A DNA stretch of 63,701 bases, the filler included, from Cercozoa sp. M6MM (lineage: Eukaryota; Protista; Endomyxa: Ascetosporea): NCBI GenBank assembly GCA_040357565.1. It is 10 parts of 10 records of this genome, joined end to end, with 100 filler letters (N's around TTAATTAATTAA, not from the genome) between each part and the next. Parts side by side here need not be neighbours in the genome. Positions count along the whole stretch, not along the records: positions 34,400 to 56,218 come from JBDODJ010000188.1; positions 56,319 to 60,206 come from JBDODJ010001287.1; positions 60,307 to 62,470 come from JBDODJ010001828.1; 7 more parts are not named here. One strand, written 5' to 3'. Within the stretch, counting starts at the first letter, position 1. Each line of letters starts with the position of its first letter. Made by a program: the position numbers and the translations under genes. Below are positions 47,901 through 60,970 of the stretch, in pieces. Under the pieces are notes generated by a model. The model made no database searches and had not been told where the DNA came from. It saw only the letters and a program-made list of their open reading frames with translations.

Positions 47901-50900
47901 GTTGAAGCGTTAACGAGTGTTGTTCGAACCAACAACGATGCAGTGTCATTATTCAAGACTTGGATTTGTGATTGGGCATTGCTGAGAGCAGCGTCGTCGC
48001 CAATGTCAGTGAAAACTGCAACCTTGGTGAAAGTAGCATCTGTCACTTCCAGAAGAATGACACTGCCTATAGATTCAAGCTCAGTTCTGACCGAAGCTTT
48101 GATCTCATTCTGTAATTCGTCAGACACAGTGACATTATGGATTGCAAAAGACAAAGCCCATCGCCACGTTGAGTTCCAAGAAAGGGTCGATATGTCTGTT
48201 TCGTCCGCAAACAGAACGCACTGCACGGCGCTCTCAACGCAAGCACCATGTTCGAGAAAGCAGTTGTATGCAGCAGGCGCCCCATTTCGCCAGTTCGAAC
48301 TCATATCAATCGCTATGAACAACCCTGCTGCGCATTCGTCTGCGTTTAAGTCCGCACACTTCATCCTAGGCCCGGTGAAATTGGCGACAGTTGACATGGC
48401 CTCAAATACAAAAGCGTCGTTTTTTTCGTCAACCATGTACTGAAAGCACGGCTCTGGGACAGAATGCAAGCTACAACTTCTCGATAAGAAAGTTTGCGAC
48501 TGCCACGTCCAGTCACAACTGCTTGCTTCGTATGGTCCGAACGTGCTACCTGCGACACAGGAACTGTTCTCAGCTGTCCACCCACAGTACGAGTAGCTCG
48601 GTGCAGCGCACGACGCTTCACCCAATGGTAAGCAAATGGTTGCCCCTAGATCCTGCAACCTGGCGTTCCGACTCACCGAAAGAGATAGAGCATACTCATA
48701 CACGAACTCGCGATCAGGGTTGATGTCCACAGTTAGCGTGACTGCGATTGTTGTAACGTAGTCATCACGAAGCAGCATTGGTTTGAAACGCAGTTCGGGA
48801 ACGAAGAAAATCAATGAACTGCCTTGCTCCTCGGACAGTATGAACTCGATGGAGTCCGCTGAAACGCTTGCTAGCGTCGTGACTGGTATCGTTGGCTCAT
48901 TTGAAACTGGGTAGGACGGAAAGGCGTCAGCGTTGAAGGCAAGTTTCACTCGCGAGGTAGCCGGAATCCGAGTAAAACTTGTGTCAAACGAAAGCTGCAG
49001 CGCTCGCGCAGTCCCAGCTTGACAGGATTTTGCAGTGACCATGTCAAAATCAAGGCATCGGGATTGAGATATTGCTGCTTGTGCCCGCAAAATAGCAGCG
49101 CCTTCTTGAGTGAGGTCGAACAGCTTCACCGTTTCGTTGGTGTCAGAAAAGTGCCGATACAACGTGAAAACTGCTGCTATTTCTGTCAAGCCTGCTTCAT
49201 TGACAAGACTGTCTGTTGCAACGCCCTGCATCAGTATTTTCCACTGAGTCGATATCGTGTTGATTGACGTTCCAGATGAAGTTGACAATGTAAAGTTGGC
49301 ATCTGGGCTGCCAGAAAAGCCGACTTCATCAAAGTCGATAGACATCGCCACAAACTCAGTCGTCAAGTTGACGTTTTGTCTGTTTGCTCGCAATTGCAAG
49401 TGCGCGATGTCGTCTTTGCGCAGTTCCATGGGCAACGAGAAGCTGAAATTCAATGCGAAGGAATCCGTGACTGCCGTGTACGCGCCAGTTGTTATAGACA
49501 CTTCTGTCGCGTTGGGGACATTGAATACTATCGCATCCGACACCTGCCCTTCATCGAAGTTTTCAAACACCACACTGGAGTTTAGACTCGACGTTTTCCT
49601 CAAAATCGCATTGATTGCGGCTCTCGCGCTGCTGTTGCGAGAAGAAATGCTGTTGAGGCCTGTCACGACTCCCACCACGCGATACGAGTCACTTTCGCCC
49701 GCAGCAAGCCGAGCATACGCGTACGGAATTTCGACCTCTATCTGCGACGCACTTATAGATGTACCGTTTAACAAGTGTTGAGTTCCTCCGTGCTCAAACT
49801 GCGCCGAAACCGAGACATTGTCGCTTCCAATACGATCGTCGAAATCGACCGCGAGTTTAATCAACGAAGCGTTGTCAGACAGCTGTGTTGACGGAGCACG
49901 TAGTGTGAAGTTGAATTTTACTTCCGTCGTGCCTCCGTCAAGATACGCAGCTGAGTGCGCAAAGCTCGCGCTCACAAAGACTAAGTCGGGGTGTTGACGG
50001 GTTTCGTATGGTTCGTAGCACTCACCAATGAGATTTGGTGCGCATGCCGCAAAGTCAACGCCGTCGGTAGAGGAAAAGCACGTATCCGCGAGAAAGAGGC
50101 AACTATCGTAGCACGTTGCATAGGACACCAAAAGTGGATCGCACTGCTCATTCGTGCAGAAGCGTTTTGAAGCAAAGCAAGTCCCTCCTCCGTCATCCCA
50201 TCTGCAGTTGCGACGAATTGGAATCTTTTGTAACGCGGCACACGCTTCTCCCACAACGGAGCTGAGTTCGATATAGCTTGTAAACAAAGCGAGAGTTGGG
50301 TCCATCACTGGCCTGTCGAACAGATTTGACACCAGCTCTGTCGCCGCGGAGCATTCTTCTTCGACCGTGACGTTGACGCACGAATCGACCGGGTTGGCTG
50401 CACACAGCTCGAGGGTACCCACAGGGTCACCAGTGATCGCTACGTCGTTAAAACTGTAGGTCCAGCTTCCTTGCGCACTTGTCCAAGGGCCTTCATAGTC
50501 ACCGCCAAGGCAGTCACCTGCCTCGCTCAGTCCGCAGGTTTCGCGCATCTACTCTTTGGGCAGTTCACCAAGCAAACAATACCGTTGAATAATAATTGTG
50601 TACCAAACAGTCAACCTTCCCGAAATAAGAACACAAAACTTCTGCGTTCATTGCGTCTGTTCTGTTTCTCCACTCAACAATCACTCCGGAGAGCGCAGCT
50701 TCGGTGGTCACTACATCCTGAAGTTGTGATGAAGCAGGTAAATTTAGTCGCAGTTCTGCCAAGGACACTTCGCTGGCGTTCGTCACGAGTTCGCCAGTCG
50801 GAGCCACAAGCACCAGAGTTTGCAGCGAATACCAACACGAGGAGACACTCGATTCGCCGCCCCAAGCGATCGAGCTGTCGGAAAACTCTAGCGAATTGTT

Positions 50901-53041
50901 CAAGCCAGTCAGTTCAAAGGACGACATGCGTGACGCCTCGAGAGAGCGATTGAACAAGATCAAAGCAAAATCGATCGAAGACGAGAAGCTGCCGAATATG
51001 ACAGTGTCTATCCCAACCGGAGAGATCTCGGTGCCTCGCACGCCGGTCTCGAAGAATTGCACAGCTGTGGAATCCTCTGCCATAAGAGCCGCGCTTCCAT
51101 TGCTAAAATCCACCAAAGTAACATTCGGACGAACTTGCGCATATCGCAAACTTGAATCGTTTGCCTTTAACCCTTCGGTGTAGTTGCTGGACTCCACGAC
51201 AACAGCAGGGTTGTCAAATGATTCCAGGACCCAGCTGGCTTCGGCATGCGGTATTGCCAACGGAAAGGAGACAACAGGGTTCTCCAGTTGATCCACGACT
51301 TGGATGAGCATTGACACAGCGAAGCGCGTTTGATTAACAACGTTAAAGTACGGCAGAACCGAGAACCGGAACACGAGAATCTCTGCGGGAACTGTTCGCA
51401 GAGCGGTGTCAATATCAGGGTCCATCGTAAATGCTTGGAAGTATCTCTCTGCACTCGTGAGAACCGGAGGGTGGAACTGCCCCGTTATCGTGGCTTCAAG
51501 CATTGTCGCGGCTTGAGATGTTCCGTCGAGCGACGTGAGTGAAAGTGCACTGCCAGGGTCGTCAATGAGAGCAAGGGATACATCTGGCTGACAAGAGCGA
51601 CCGGCATCGTCGATAATATTGGCAATAAGACGAATCCCTGGCGCCTCCCACTCGTAGAACACCAGAGACCCGACGACACAGTCTTGTCCATTGCTTGAGA
51701 AGCTCACGTATTGAAATGGAATGCCTTCCAGGCCATTGGGCATCGAGGTTGCTGTAAAATACACGCAGGTAATTTAACTTGGTCTAACAATTAGCAAGGA
51801 CATAGTTTACCTTCGGAGAATGTGAAAATTATATGTCCTCTTGGCCACAAGGAGCGATCTTCGGTGTACATGCGCTGGTATATTGCGTCATCTTCGGTGA
51901 GATATGGTATCGCTTTCACCTCCAGCAGTGTGGGTGTGGGTCGTGCCAAAAGCGCAGGGATAAGCAGATTTGCTGAGTCTGTGCCTCTGCCTCGACATGC
52001 GTAGTTGCCGACAGGACTACCAGCCTCCAGCAACGGGTATGTGCCTCGACATTGAATGAAATCTTGAACCAGACGACCTGCACCGACGTACACCAAGAGC
52101 TCAGTGTTTGAAGCCCATGTTGCGTTTGCTTCTTCACCAAAACGACCCTTGTCTGCGGCAGTGTCCGAACTCGACGGAAAACGAAACACGTCGTCAAGTG
52201 GGACACCCACAAAGTCGATCTGCTCCATGTTTCGATCGAACACAATCGTGAAATAGTTCGAAAGCGACGCACTAGGAGTGATTCCGTTGATGACTGGCCC
52301 TGCTGTTAATGCAGTGAGACTGCCTTGGATTTGCATTTCCGAAGCGGACATGCTGGGCGATGTCAAATCCATAGTCTGCACAACGTTTTCGGCGAAAACA
52401 AGCGTCTCCGAACCGTCGCACAGCAGCATTGTCGTGCGAAGATCGAAAAAAGAAAGCAAAAGCAGCGTCTCGTTACTCCAAGCGATGGAATGCTCACCGA
52501 AATGGAAATATCTTGTTTGACTCTTGGGCGTCATTATCTCATTCGCATCTTCAATAGATGGAGTGTTGGATGCTTTGTCAAAAACGATCTCCAACTGGTC
52601 GACGACACACGTTGCACTCACCAACGCAGGGGCATCCTGCGTGCTCAACACGCCCGAAAGCACAGGACTCACGATGCCTAACGCACTGTACACGAACTGC
52701 GTTTCCCCGAGAAAAAGCCGTCGGTCGAAGTTGTCACTCCAAGTCAGGCGAAGCAAAGTGCTATTCAGCCAAGCGACTCCGACGGTGGCCAGTGGAAAGC
52801 TTGAGTTTGCTGGTTGCAGATAAAACGAATTTGTGTCGAGAACATTCGAGATCTGCTTGTCGGGCGGCACATCGGCGTCAAAGGTCAATTCAACCCACTC
52901 ATGCGTGCCGTTGAAGGCAGCGGTTGCTCTCGTAATAGCCAACGCACTCACAGAAGCGAATTCAAGGATGCCAGAAAAACCTGCCGCGCATAACACGACG
53001 AGCCACAGCCTGAGCAACGCAGCTCCACGTCGCTGCATCAT
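41995..53041 (-). CDS. Giant polycystin-1-like (REJ + GAIN/GPS + multi-TM) surface receptor, >3000 aa
   Basis: Signal peptide at 53041; REJ-like segments (GPVELALCSNLTL..SSGGMGKDLEYGW; VNFPPSRGSCTVSPLEG..FTFDCSGFVDD); GPS motif CRYW..WSTEGC..VCRCSHLSQF; TM1; polycystin-like EHIFFALFGR..FTSVDRLLCL; further TMs. 3' end is approximate. Confidence 0.88.
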
Positions 53042-53554
53042 GGTGACTGTATCGCTACCCCAGCAGACCTTATGGCACTCTTTGACTTTCGAGATGAGTT
53101 CCGCGCGGAAGGCAGCGCCCGATTTGACCTGGCCAGTAGTTCGGTTGGTTGACGTGAATATCCGATTCGGTGTCTGAGTCAACGGCTGTAAAATTCTAAT
53201 AGCGCTGACGGCAGTGCAGTAACCGTGCGATACGATACGATAGGCAAATAAATCAATAACCAACGAAACGGACGCGACGACTGAATCCTAGGCGGTGCGG
53301 TGCGACGAAACTGAACAGAAGGACCGGACACCACCTATACAGGCGAAGTTTCCGCTAGGAGCGAGCGGTCAAAACGTGCAGAGAATGTGTGGGTGTTTGT
53401 GTATGTGTGTGCACGTGTGCGATCGGATGCCTGTATGCGTGAAACGATAAAGGTGCGCCAACGATACATCTTGCGCTCGTTGCTGTCTGAAGTAAATGCC
53501 ACAGTTTTGGTTTTTGTGCTTTCGCATTTTGCTCTGAGTGTCGACAATCGTGCT

Positions 53555-54633
53555 TCACATCACTGCGTTGCACACACAAGAAGCGTATCACAAGGCAATG
53601 GAGAGTGTGTATGTGTGTACCAAGACAGCAACCGCCGGCGCCAGGAGGTTTCAACAGTCCGGCCACCTCCTTGTGTCCGGCAGCCTGCAGTAGTCCAAGT
53701 AAGAAGCAACACGAAGCAGATAAAACAAGTGCAGATAGCGTGTACCTTGGCCAGTTCGTAGGCCGTCTTGCCGCCTTCGCCGCCGCTATCACGCGCCTGC
53801 GAGTAAAGCGTGTAGGTCGGTGTTTACAGCGTAATAACACCTTCGAACAACCCTTCCTTCCAGCAAGCAAGCACAAGAAGGCGCACCTCGGGATCGGCGC
53901 CGTGCTGCAGCAGAAACTGCACGAACTCGAGCTTGCCACCGTCGGCGGCCATGTGCAGCGGCGTGCTGCCGCTCTGCACAGCAACATCACAACAGCAATA
54001 TTACATAGGAAGGAGGCTACTCTGTGTATACCTTGGTAGCCACGTTGACGTCCGCCTGCTTGTTCATAAGCAACTCGGCAGTGTCCAGTGAGCCCGACAC
54101 GGCCGCCCAGTGCATCGGCTGTCCACACACAACAACCGATACAGGATAGACAGTAATCAAAACAACAGAACAACAATACAGTTCTGCCGCTGCCGTCGCG
54201 AATGTTGACGTCGCCGCCTCTCTCGAGCAGCAGTGACACCACATCGATGTGTCCCTGTGGGTTACGGCAACCAAACCACGAGTGAGACAGAGCGAGAGAG
54301 CGGTACATGCCCGTGTACCTCGCCGACTGCACGATGTAAAGCCGTGCGGTTCGCAGCGCCTCGCAGATTCACGTCGACGCCCTCATCCAGCAGCTCCTCG
54401 ACTGTGTCGACCTCGCCTGCACATGTTGAAAGCAATCCTTCAACACACACCACACCAAACGAGGTACCTTTGTACGCTGCCTTGTGCAGCTCTGTGTCCT
54501 TCGGCTGTCAAACAAAAGACAAAAAACATCAGGGACAAGTGACAATGGCAATGAAATGGGGTGCGGAAACTGTCGATCAGAAAAAGACACCCACACTGGG
54601 TGGCCCTATCTTTCCGCGAGTGAACGCTACCAT
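53555..54633 (-). CDS. Small ankyrin-repeat protein with C-terminal CaaX box (CCLVM)
   Basis: Spliced M-PKDTELHKAAYKGEVD.., RTALHRA, RT-PMHWAA, STPLHMAA, KTAYELAK..GAGGCCL-VM*. Confidence 0.85.
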
Positions 54634-55080
54634 GGCTGCAGAGTCGCCTGCCCTGAACTGTGCACTCCTCGCTGCAGCTCTTGTCACTGACGACCAGGGG
54701 CTGGGGCCCGGTTTGGCCCAAGCCTGCTGGCCGTACAGACAGCCCAAATATTAAAGCCACTTTTGACCCGACCACTGAAACGGATTGCACACCCAACACC
54801 TCAAAAGCCCCGAAGAGTCTAAGATCCCTGTTGCAGCCCTTGTATGTTAGAGAGTTTGAAGTCGAGACAAAACTGTCGTGAAGCGTGAATGCGATGGGTT
54901 TTCCCTATCGTACTGAACCCAGCCCAAGACTGGCGATGTACTAGTCTAGCGAGTGACACAGCATATCCGACTTAAAAACGGAGACGGCGGTGATTAACAG
55001 TCTCGATCAATTCAGCTTTAATTCGCTGAAGTTGCAGCCGGTTGTCACGCCGTGACACTGGTGCGGAAGCGAGACTGCAT

Positions 55081-56190
55081 CTACCAGACGCGGCACTTGT
55101 GCTCGGGGTTCATGCCGCTGCCAAGCGGGCACTGGAAGGCCTGTCACAACACAGACACACAACATACTCGTCCCACCACGACAGGAAAGCACAAAAACCA
55201 AAACAAACACACCTCAGAGAACTCATTGGAGTTGCGCAACGTGCCGAGCACACGGAACTGTTCAATCGAAAAAACATATACTGTTAGGCCTGTCCAGAGG
55301 GGTCCCAAAGGCAGAGAATACCTTGGGCGCCGAGTGCGGGTCGTTGTCGACCATCCACATGTAGCGCGCCTTGTCCTGCTTGGTGCACCACGAGGTGGCA
55401 AAGCCCACGAAGAAAGCCTGCTCGTCCGTCATGCCAGCCAGCGGGTGCCGCGGCGACAGTGGCAGGCGCGCCGACTGCGCCGACTTGTCGTCCTTGAGGC
55501 GCTGCATCACGGCGCGGAACGGCGACGCGATCGAGTTGTCCGCGATGTTCTCGCCCAGCGTCAGTGCGCCATCCGTGTGCTGGGGGGCGGGGGGGGGGGT
55601 AAAGGGGATACACGGGGAGGGGGGACTAACTACCACATCCCACATGGAGAAGTCGGCGTACTGATCCACGAGGCACTGCGTGGCCTCGTCAAAGTGACGG
55701 CGCGACCAGTCGCTCCTGCAAAAAACAAGAGATCAACTCACTCCGGGTGGTCACTCCAGGTGGGCACATGTCCACTCAGTCATCCGAGTACTCAGTCGCA
55801 CAGTACCACCAGTTGCGCCACGCGCCGCGGCCGTCGAAGTTGGCGCCGTTGTTGTCGAAGCCGTGCGTGATCTCGTGCGACACCACACTGCACACACATG
55901 CACATGAACCATCCATCCACATGAACCGTCCATATATTTACAGGTAGGTACAGGCCAATGGCGCCATAGTTCCAGGCCAGCGGCAGCTCGTGGTCGAACA
56001 TCGGCGCGTGCGAAATGCCGGCCAGGATGAAGATCTTGTTCGCGAACGGGTAGTAGAACGCGTTCGTCCTGCACCAGAGGGTAAGGGGGTAACATGAGGG
56101 CGGGGGGGGTAAAGCCTACATGAGCGGCGACTGGCCGAAGAAGTCCTGCGCCAACACGCGGTCGGCGCCGTCTTCGCCACGGTGCGGCAG
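55081..56190 (-). CDS. M13 (neprilysin/ECE-like) metallopeptidase, C-terminal catalytic domain, 5' truncated
   Basis: NAFYYP..NYGAIG-LVVSHEITHGFD (HExxH), TLGENIAD, DPHSAP..RVLGTLRNSNEFS..FQCPLGSGMNPEHKCRVW*. Confidence 0.93.
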
Positions 56191-56326
56191 CTTCAATATC
56201 ACAGGGGGGTAAAGGAGGNNNNNNNNNNNNNNNNNNNNNNNNNNNNNNNNNNNNNNNNNNNNTTAATTAATTAANNNNNNNNNNNNNNNNNNNNNNNNNN
56301 NNNNNNNNNNNNNNNNNNGTGTGTGT

Positions 56327-56454
<128 letters not shown>

Positions 56455-56488
56455 AAATGTGAGGATAGAGTACTAGTATATTGGACGG

Positions 56489-56933
56489 AATTAGTACCGT
56501 CACAAGGAACGTAGCCAGCGCCGGTTCGTCGTTGATCCCGGCCGACATCACGTCCTGTCCGTCCAGCTTTCAACATGAAATGTACAGTATCGTCAACAAG
56601 CAAATCCGTTTTTCTCGAACTGTGGATCGTTTAAAGACAAATGAAGTGCTAGGGGTAAAGGGAGGTAAAGAGTGTAACCAGTGAAACAAGAAATGACTTT
56701 TAGTGCAAGTGATTTTCTCAAATCCTATCGCAGGATGGGTATGCTTTGTTTGTTACAACATTCATGTACACGACAACAAACGCAACTAAACAGAACGCTA
56801 ACGCAACACAACCACACAGCAAGCGCGATCGAACAGACGAAACGCAACTTCGCTTAGAACTTGAACGCGGCAAAACCGACTCGGAATCATTGTGAACACT
56901 CTGCAAAACGATCGACGTCTGTTTGAGTCGCAT
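56489..56933 (-). CDS. 5' part of hypothetical type II membrane protein
   Basis: ATG at 56933, one TM (LLCGCVALAFCLVAFVV); downstream exon structure ambiguous. Confidence 0.4.
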
Positions 56934-56992
56934 CAGTGGCTGTCAAGACGAACCGGCCAACGCACGACAGCAGAAATTGTGAACAGTCGTCA

Positions 56993-57978
56993 TCACACCG
57001 TCACACAGTATTTGTCCGGCTTGCCCTCAGTCACTGCATCACATAAAGGGTGTATATAAACATACGTGATGAAACTCTGTACACACGGAGAGTCGTCATC
57101 GTCGTCACTGTCGAAGGGTTGTGTGTTGTCACCGATACCATCATCACCAGTGGCTGCTGCGCACAGGAAATGTACAGTGAACAAGGGTATGCACAATTTC
57201 AACTGCAGAGGTGTCACAGTTGCTGTTGTCTTTGTCGTCATCTGCCTCGAACTGCTGCAAGAGGTCCCTGCAAATGCAATCTGGCATACATAAGACACAC
57301 GGTCCAATGCTACAAAAGAGCCACAAACCGTATTCTGTTTCCCTTGAAGGTTTTGATCACGCGCTTGCGCTACGAATGGAGTATATAGGGGTTTGCACAC
57401 AAGGGTTAACAAGATACCACAGAACACACCTCGGGCTTCTTGGATTTGGTGAGTTCCTTGGTGCGCATGGCACGCATCTCAGCGCCAGCTTTCTTGGCAC
57501 TATTTTTGATACATGCAGAACAGAATACATAGTGCAGTCAGAAAAACTAGGTGGCTTTTGGGAGAAACTACAGCTGCTCGAAGAAGGCGACAGAGTTTGT
57601 GACAGTTGCACCTGCACATACAGACAGACTTCTACACTAATACTGACAGAAAAGGTACATGCAAGGGTACCTGGGTCAGCAGCGAGCGGTGTGGCTGTCG
57701 TAGCAGGCATCGCCGACTTCGACCGCAGCATACCTGTGCGTTCATACATGCTCATAAACTCACCACATGGGTACATATATCCGGGGAGCAGGTCGTACCT
57801 GGCTTGGAGGAGGGCAACTCACTGCCTGTCCTGTCGCTGCCACCGCTGTCAATGTGCACACACACACACACGTGTTAACACTAAAACACACTGCCAAAAG
57901 ATGACTCTACCTGCACTGTTGCAAAAGCGCCTCATGCTCCTACGTTTGTATAATAGTTTAACTCAGATACACACAAAC

Positions 57979-58028
<50 letters not shown>

Positions 58029-58038
58029 NNNNNNNNNN

Positions 58039-58087
<49 letters not shown>

Positions 58088-59568
58088 GCACGCACAACAC
58101 CCACACACACCTGTAGGAGCGACTTGTGCTTATGTGTGGTCGACACGAGCGCCTTGCGTAGCCTTTCGGCAGTATTCGTCTTGACCTGTACACAAGTAAA
58201 CATCACCAGACACAGAACAGACACAGACACCATATGGTAACACACCTGCAACTCGCGTACGAGCGAGTCAAGCACTTCCTGCTGTTTCTCGCCGTGGGCA
58301 CGTAGGTCACGAACCTCCTGTAAATAGCTATGGGAAAGAGAGGATGTGTAGCGGGGCCCGCTACCTGCGCGCGCTCTTCGGCTAGCTGCTCGCTCTCAGC
58401 GAGCGCATCACGACATTTCTGCAGCGCTGTCGCAGCATCACCTATAAACACACAAACCCACACATACACGCACACACACGCGTGCACACAGGCCACGAAT
58501 GAACCGTTATTCAACAAACACAAACACACCTCCATCGGCATCGATCCTGGCCATGACTTCCTGCAGCCGTCGCAGTTCCTGTCGTATACAGGGGATGTCA
58601 TACAGGGCATGTCATACAGTATGCGCAACGACATAGGACAAGAGTCATGAAAAGAGTTTACAGCCTTCGTCTTCTCGTGCTCCTCACGCTCCTTCTGCAA
58701 CGGCCGTGCGAACAGATGGCCTGAGTGCAAGTCTACCCTTGAAGAGAAACGGATGGGGGGGGGGGGGGCAACAACGCACCATTGTCCTTCGCTTCGCGCC
58801 GCATGAGCGCGTCGTTGAGAGAGTTGATCCATCGTTCGGCCTCGGCCTGTATTGACGCGTGTATTGGTAGGCATAGGGTATGTTAAAACAGGCAGAGACA
58901 GTACCTCCTCCTTGGCAGCAAACACAAAGTCGGACGGTCCCACACGTAGCACGAACTTGAACTTTGGCTTATTCTTGCGCTTCTGCTGCTCAATGTCACC
59001 CAGCCTGCAAGGAAAAAGAGAAACGCCCATACACGCAATCAGACAGGTTCCGAAAACAAGGAAAACCAGAAACAGCGAAAAGGATACCAAAATGAACGCT
59101 CCGAGAGGTCTTCGAAGCGCATCGTCTCATCTGGAGACGCGCCTGCTTCGAAGTCCGCCTACACTCACATGTTTAGTGTACAAGCATGATGTGAGTTCAT
59201 GACGTACCTGTGTCTTGTACATTTTCAACATTGCGGGCGTTAGTACAGTCTGGGGTAGAAAGATAGCGTCAGAGATACGGGAGTCGTAGAGCATGAATGA
59301 TGCGATACCCATCTTTCCCGTCGCGAGCGAGCGCCGTCATAGTGCCGCAACTGTCCCGCGAACAGTACGTCCGCGTCCGAGATACTCTGAGTACAGACAG
59401 CCATTCAAGCACCCCAAACAAGTTCACGATACAACGCCCCTTCAAAGACCAATCAGGCAGGATTATAAGGGGAATAAAAAGGGGGAATTCAACAAAGCGA
59501 CATTGGTCGCATATCAGCAAGATAAAGCACTCGTAAACAGGCAGGCACACTACAACTTAACTCACCAT
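56993..59568 (-). CDS. PH-domain + coiled-coil protein
   Basis: M-SISDADVLFAGQLRHY..RERW-TVLTPAMLKMYK..FKFVLRVG..FVFAAKEE-AEAERWINSL (PH fold with the conserved Trp helix), then heptad-rich exons. 3' end uncertain. Confidence 0.75.
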
Positions 59569-59769
59569 GCTGGTGCACTCGCAAGGACGACACACCAAGC
59601 CCCGAGGAAGGGCAGAATGCCTTTATGTTTAGTCCACTTGTCCATAGCCGGGACACAAGCCGATCAGTACTTTTTGTTGTCGACATTGTGCAAGCAATAC
59701 TGTACACTACAAGTACTGTACAGTGCAGCTGTACACTACCTGGCATCTCTTTCACACACAGCACGCAGG

Positions 59770-60146
59770 ATGCCTCCAATCGCAGTGAGCGAGCTGCCTA
59801 GCAACGGGCATGTCGTCAGCGAAACTAGCATTCTTGGACCTTTCTTGCAGCAGGTACAGGTGCGCCACATTCGGACAAGTGCCTTTATGATGTTTAATGT
59901 TGGGGTCATCAGGTCCGGGTGCCAAGTCAGTCCGACAAGGTCTACAATGAGGAAGCAGTTGCGACATTTACACGCGTCACGTCGCCCGGTCTCTTACTTA
60001 CATTCGATATTCGTACTTGCCAATGCCTCCTTTGTTACACTCATATACACAGGCGGTCTGTACACATCGCTACACAGTTTTCTGTCGTTCGCGCCGGCAC
60101 GTGTCGCCCTCGCGGCCGAAAAACGCGGCGAAACCATCTTCCTCTG
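59770..60146 (+). CDS. USP5: Ubiquitin C-terminal hydrolase USP5/USP13/Ubp14, N-terminus, truncated
   Basis: VRVPSQSDKVYNEE..SPG-GLYTSLHSFLSF..GETIFL matches the nUBP pattern VRVP..GD.VYK.EC..GGLY.C..TFL.F. Confidence 0.72.
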
Positions 60147-60156
60147 GTAGCACTGC

Positions 60157-60206
<50 letters not shown>

Positions 60207-60306
60207 NNNNNNNNNNNNNNNNNNNNNNNNNNNNNNNNNNNNNNNNNNNNTTAATTAATTAANNNNNNNNNNNNNNNNNNNNNNNNNNNNNNNNNNNNNN
60301 NNNNNN

Positions 60307-60347
<41 letters not shown>

Positions 60348-60367
60348 GAGAGGACAGCAGACGGTAC

Positions 60368-60970
60368 CGCGCTCAGCCTCGGGCGTCGTGAACCAGAAGC
60401 GCGCGAACGAGCAGTGCACGTCGTCGATCTGCAGCAGCAGCGATGTCACCTCGGCTTGCTTCTCGAGCGAGTCGCCCAGCAGGTTGGCCGGCGACTTGGC
60501 CTGCAGCAGTGCAACCGTACAGTCAGGCAGGGAGGGAAGGAAGGGGAGAGACGTACGGCCAGGTAGAGCGCGATTGAAACCGACTGCGCGATCTTGGTGC
60601 CATTCTCGAGTGTCAGCACCGGCAGCTGCACAAGGGAGGTAAAGCAATGAAAGGAACAAAGAAAGAATCAATTGCTTAGTTTTACCTGACCAAACGGCTG
60701 CTCTTCCTTCTGCGCGGGCCAGGCCGGCACACCATCGACACCTGAAACAAGTTCGTTTTTTTCCTGACACAGACAGTGACTTCCCGTACAGCTTTGGTGC
60801 TACCGATGCGCTGGTCGACGTATTCGACGCCACCGAGAGCGAGGACAAGTCGCGAGAGCTCAGCGCGGCCCTGGCAGACGAAACAGCCAATTAAAATACC
60901 GCTTTGCAACAGAGTGGATTAAAAGCAAGCCGGTTACCTTGCCGTTGAAGTAGGTCAGAGTGAGCGGCAT
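60368..60970 (-). CDS. Glutathione S-transferase (sigma/alpha-like), 3' truncated
   Basis: MPLTLTYFNGK-GRAELSRLVL..YVDQRI..PFGQ-LPVL..IAQSVSIALYLA. Confidence 0.92.

Noticed and set aside
59910-60146. Loss of Cys/His ligands in the USP5-like N-terminal domain as a novelty
   Set aside because: This cryptic nUBP domain is already degenerate in known USP5/USP13 proteins.
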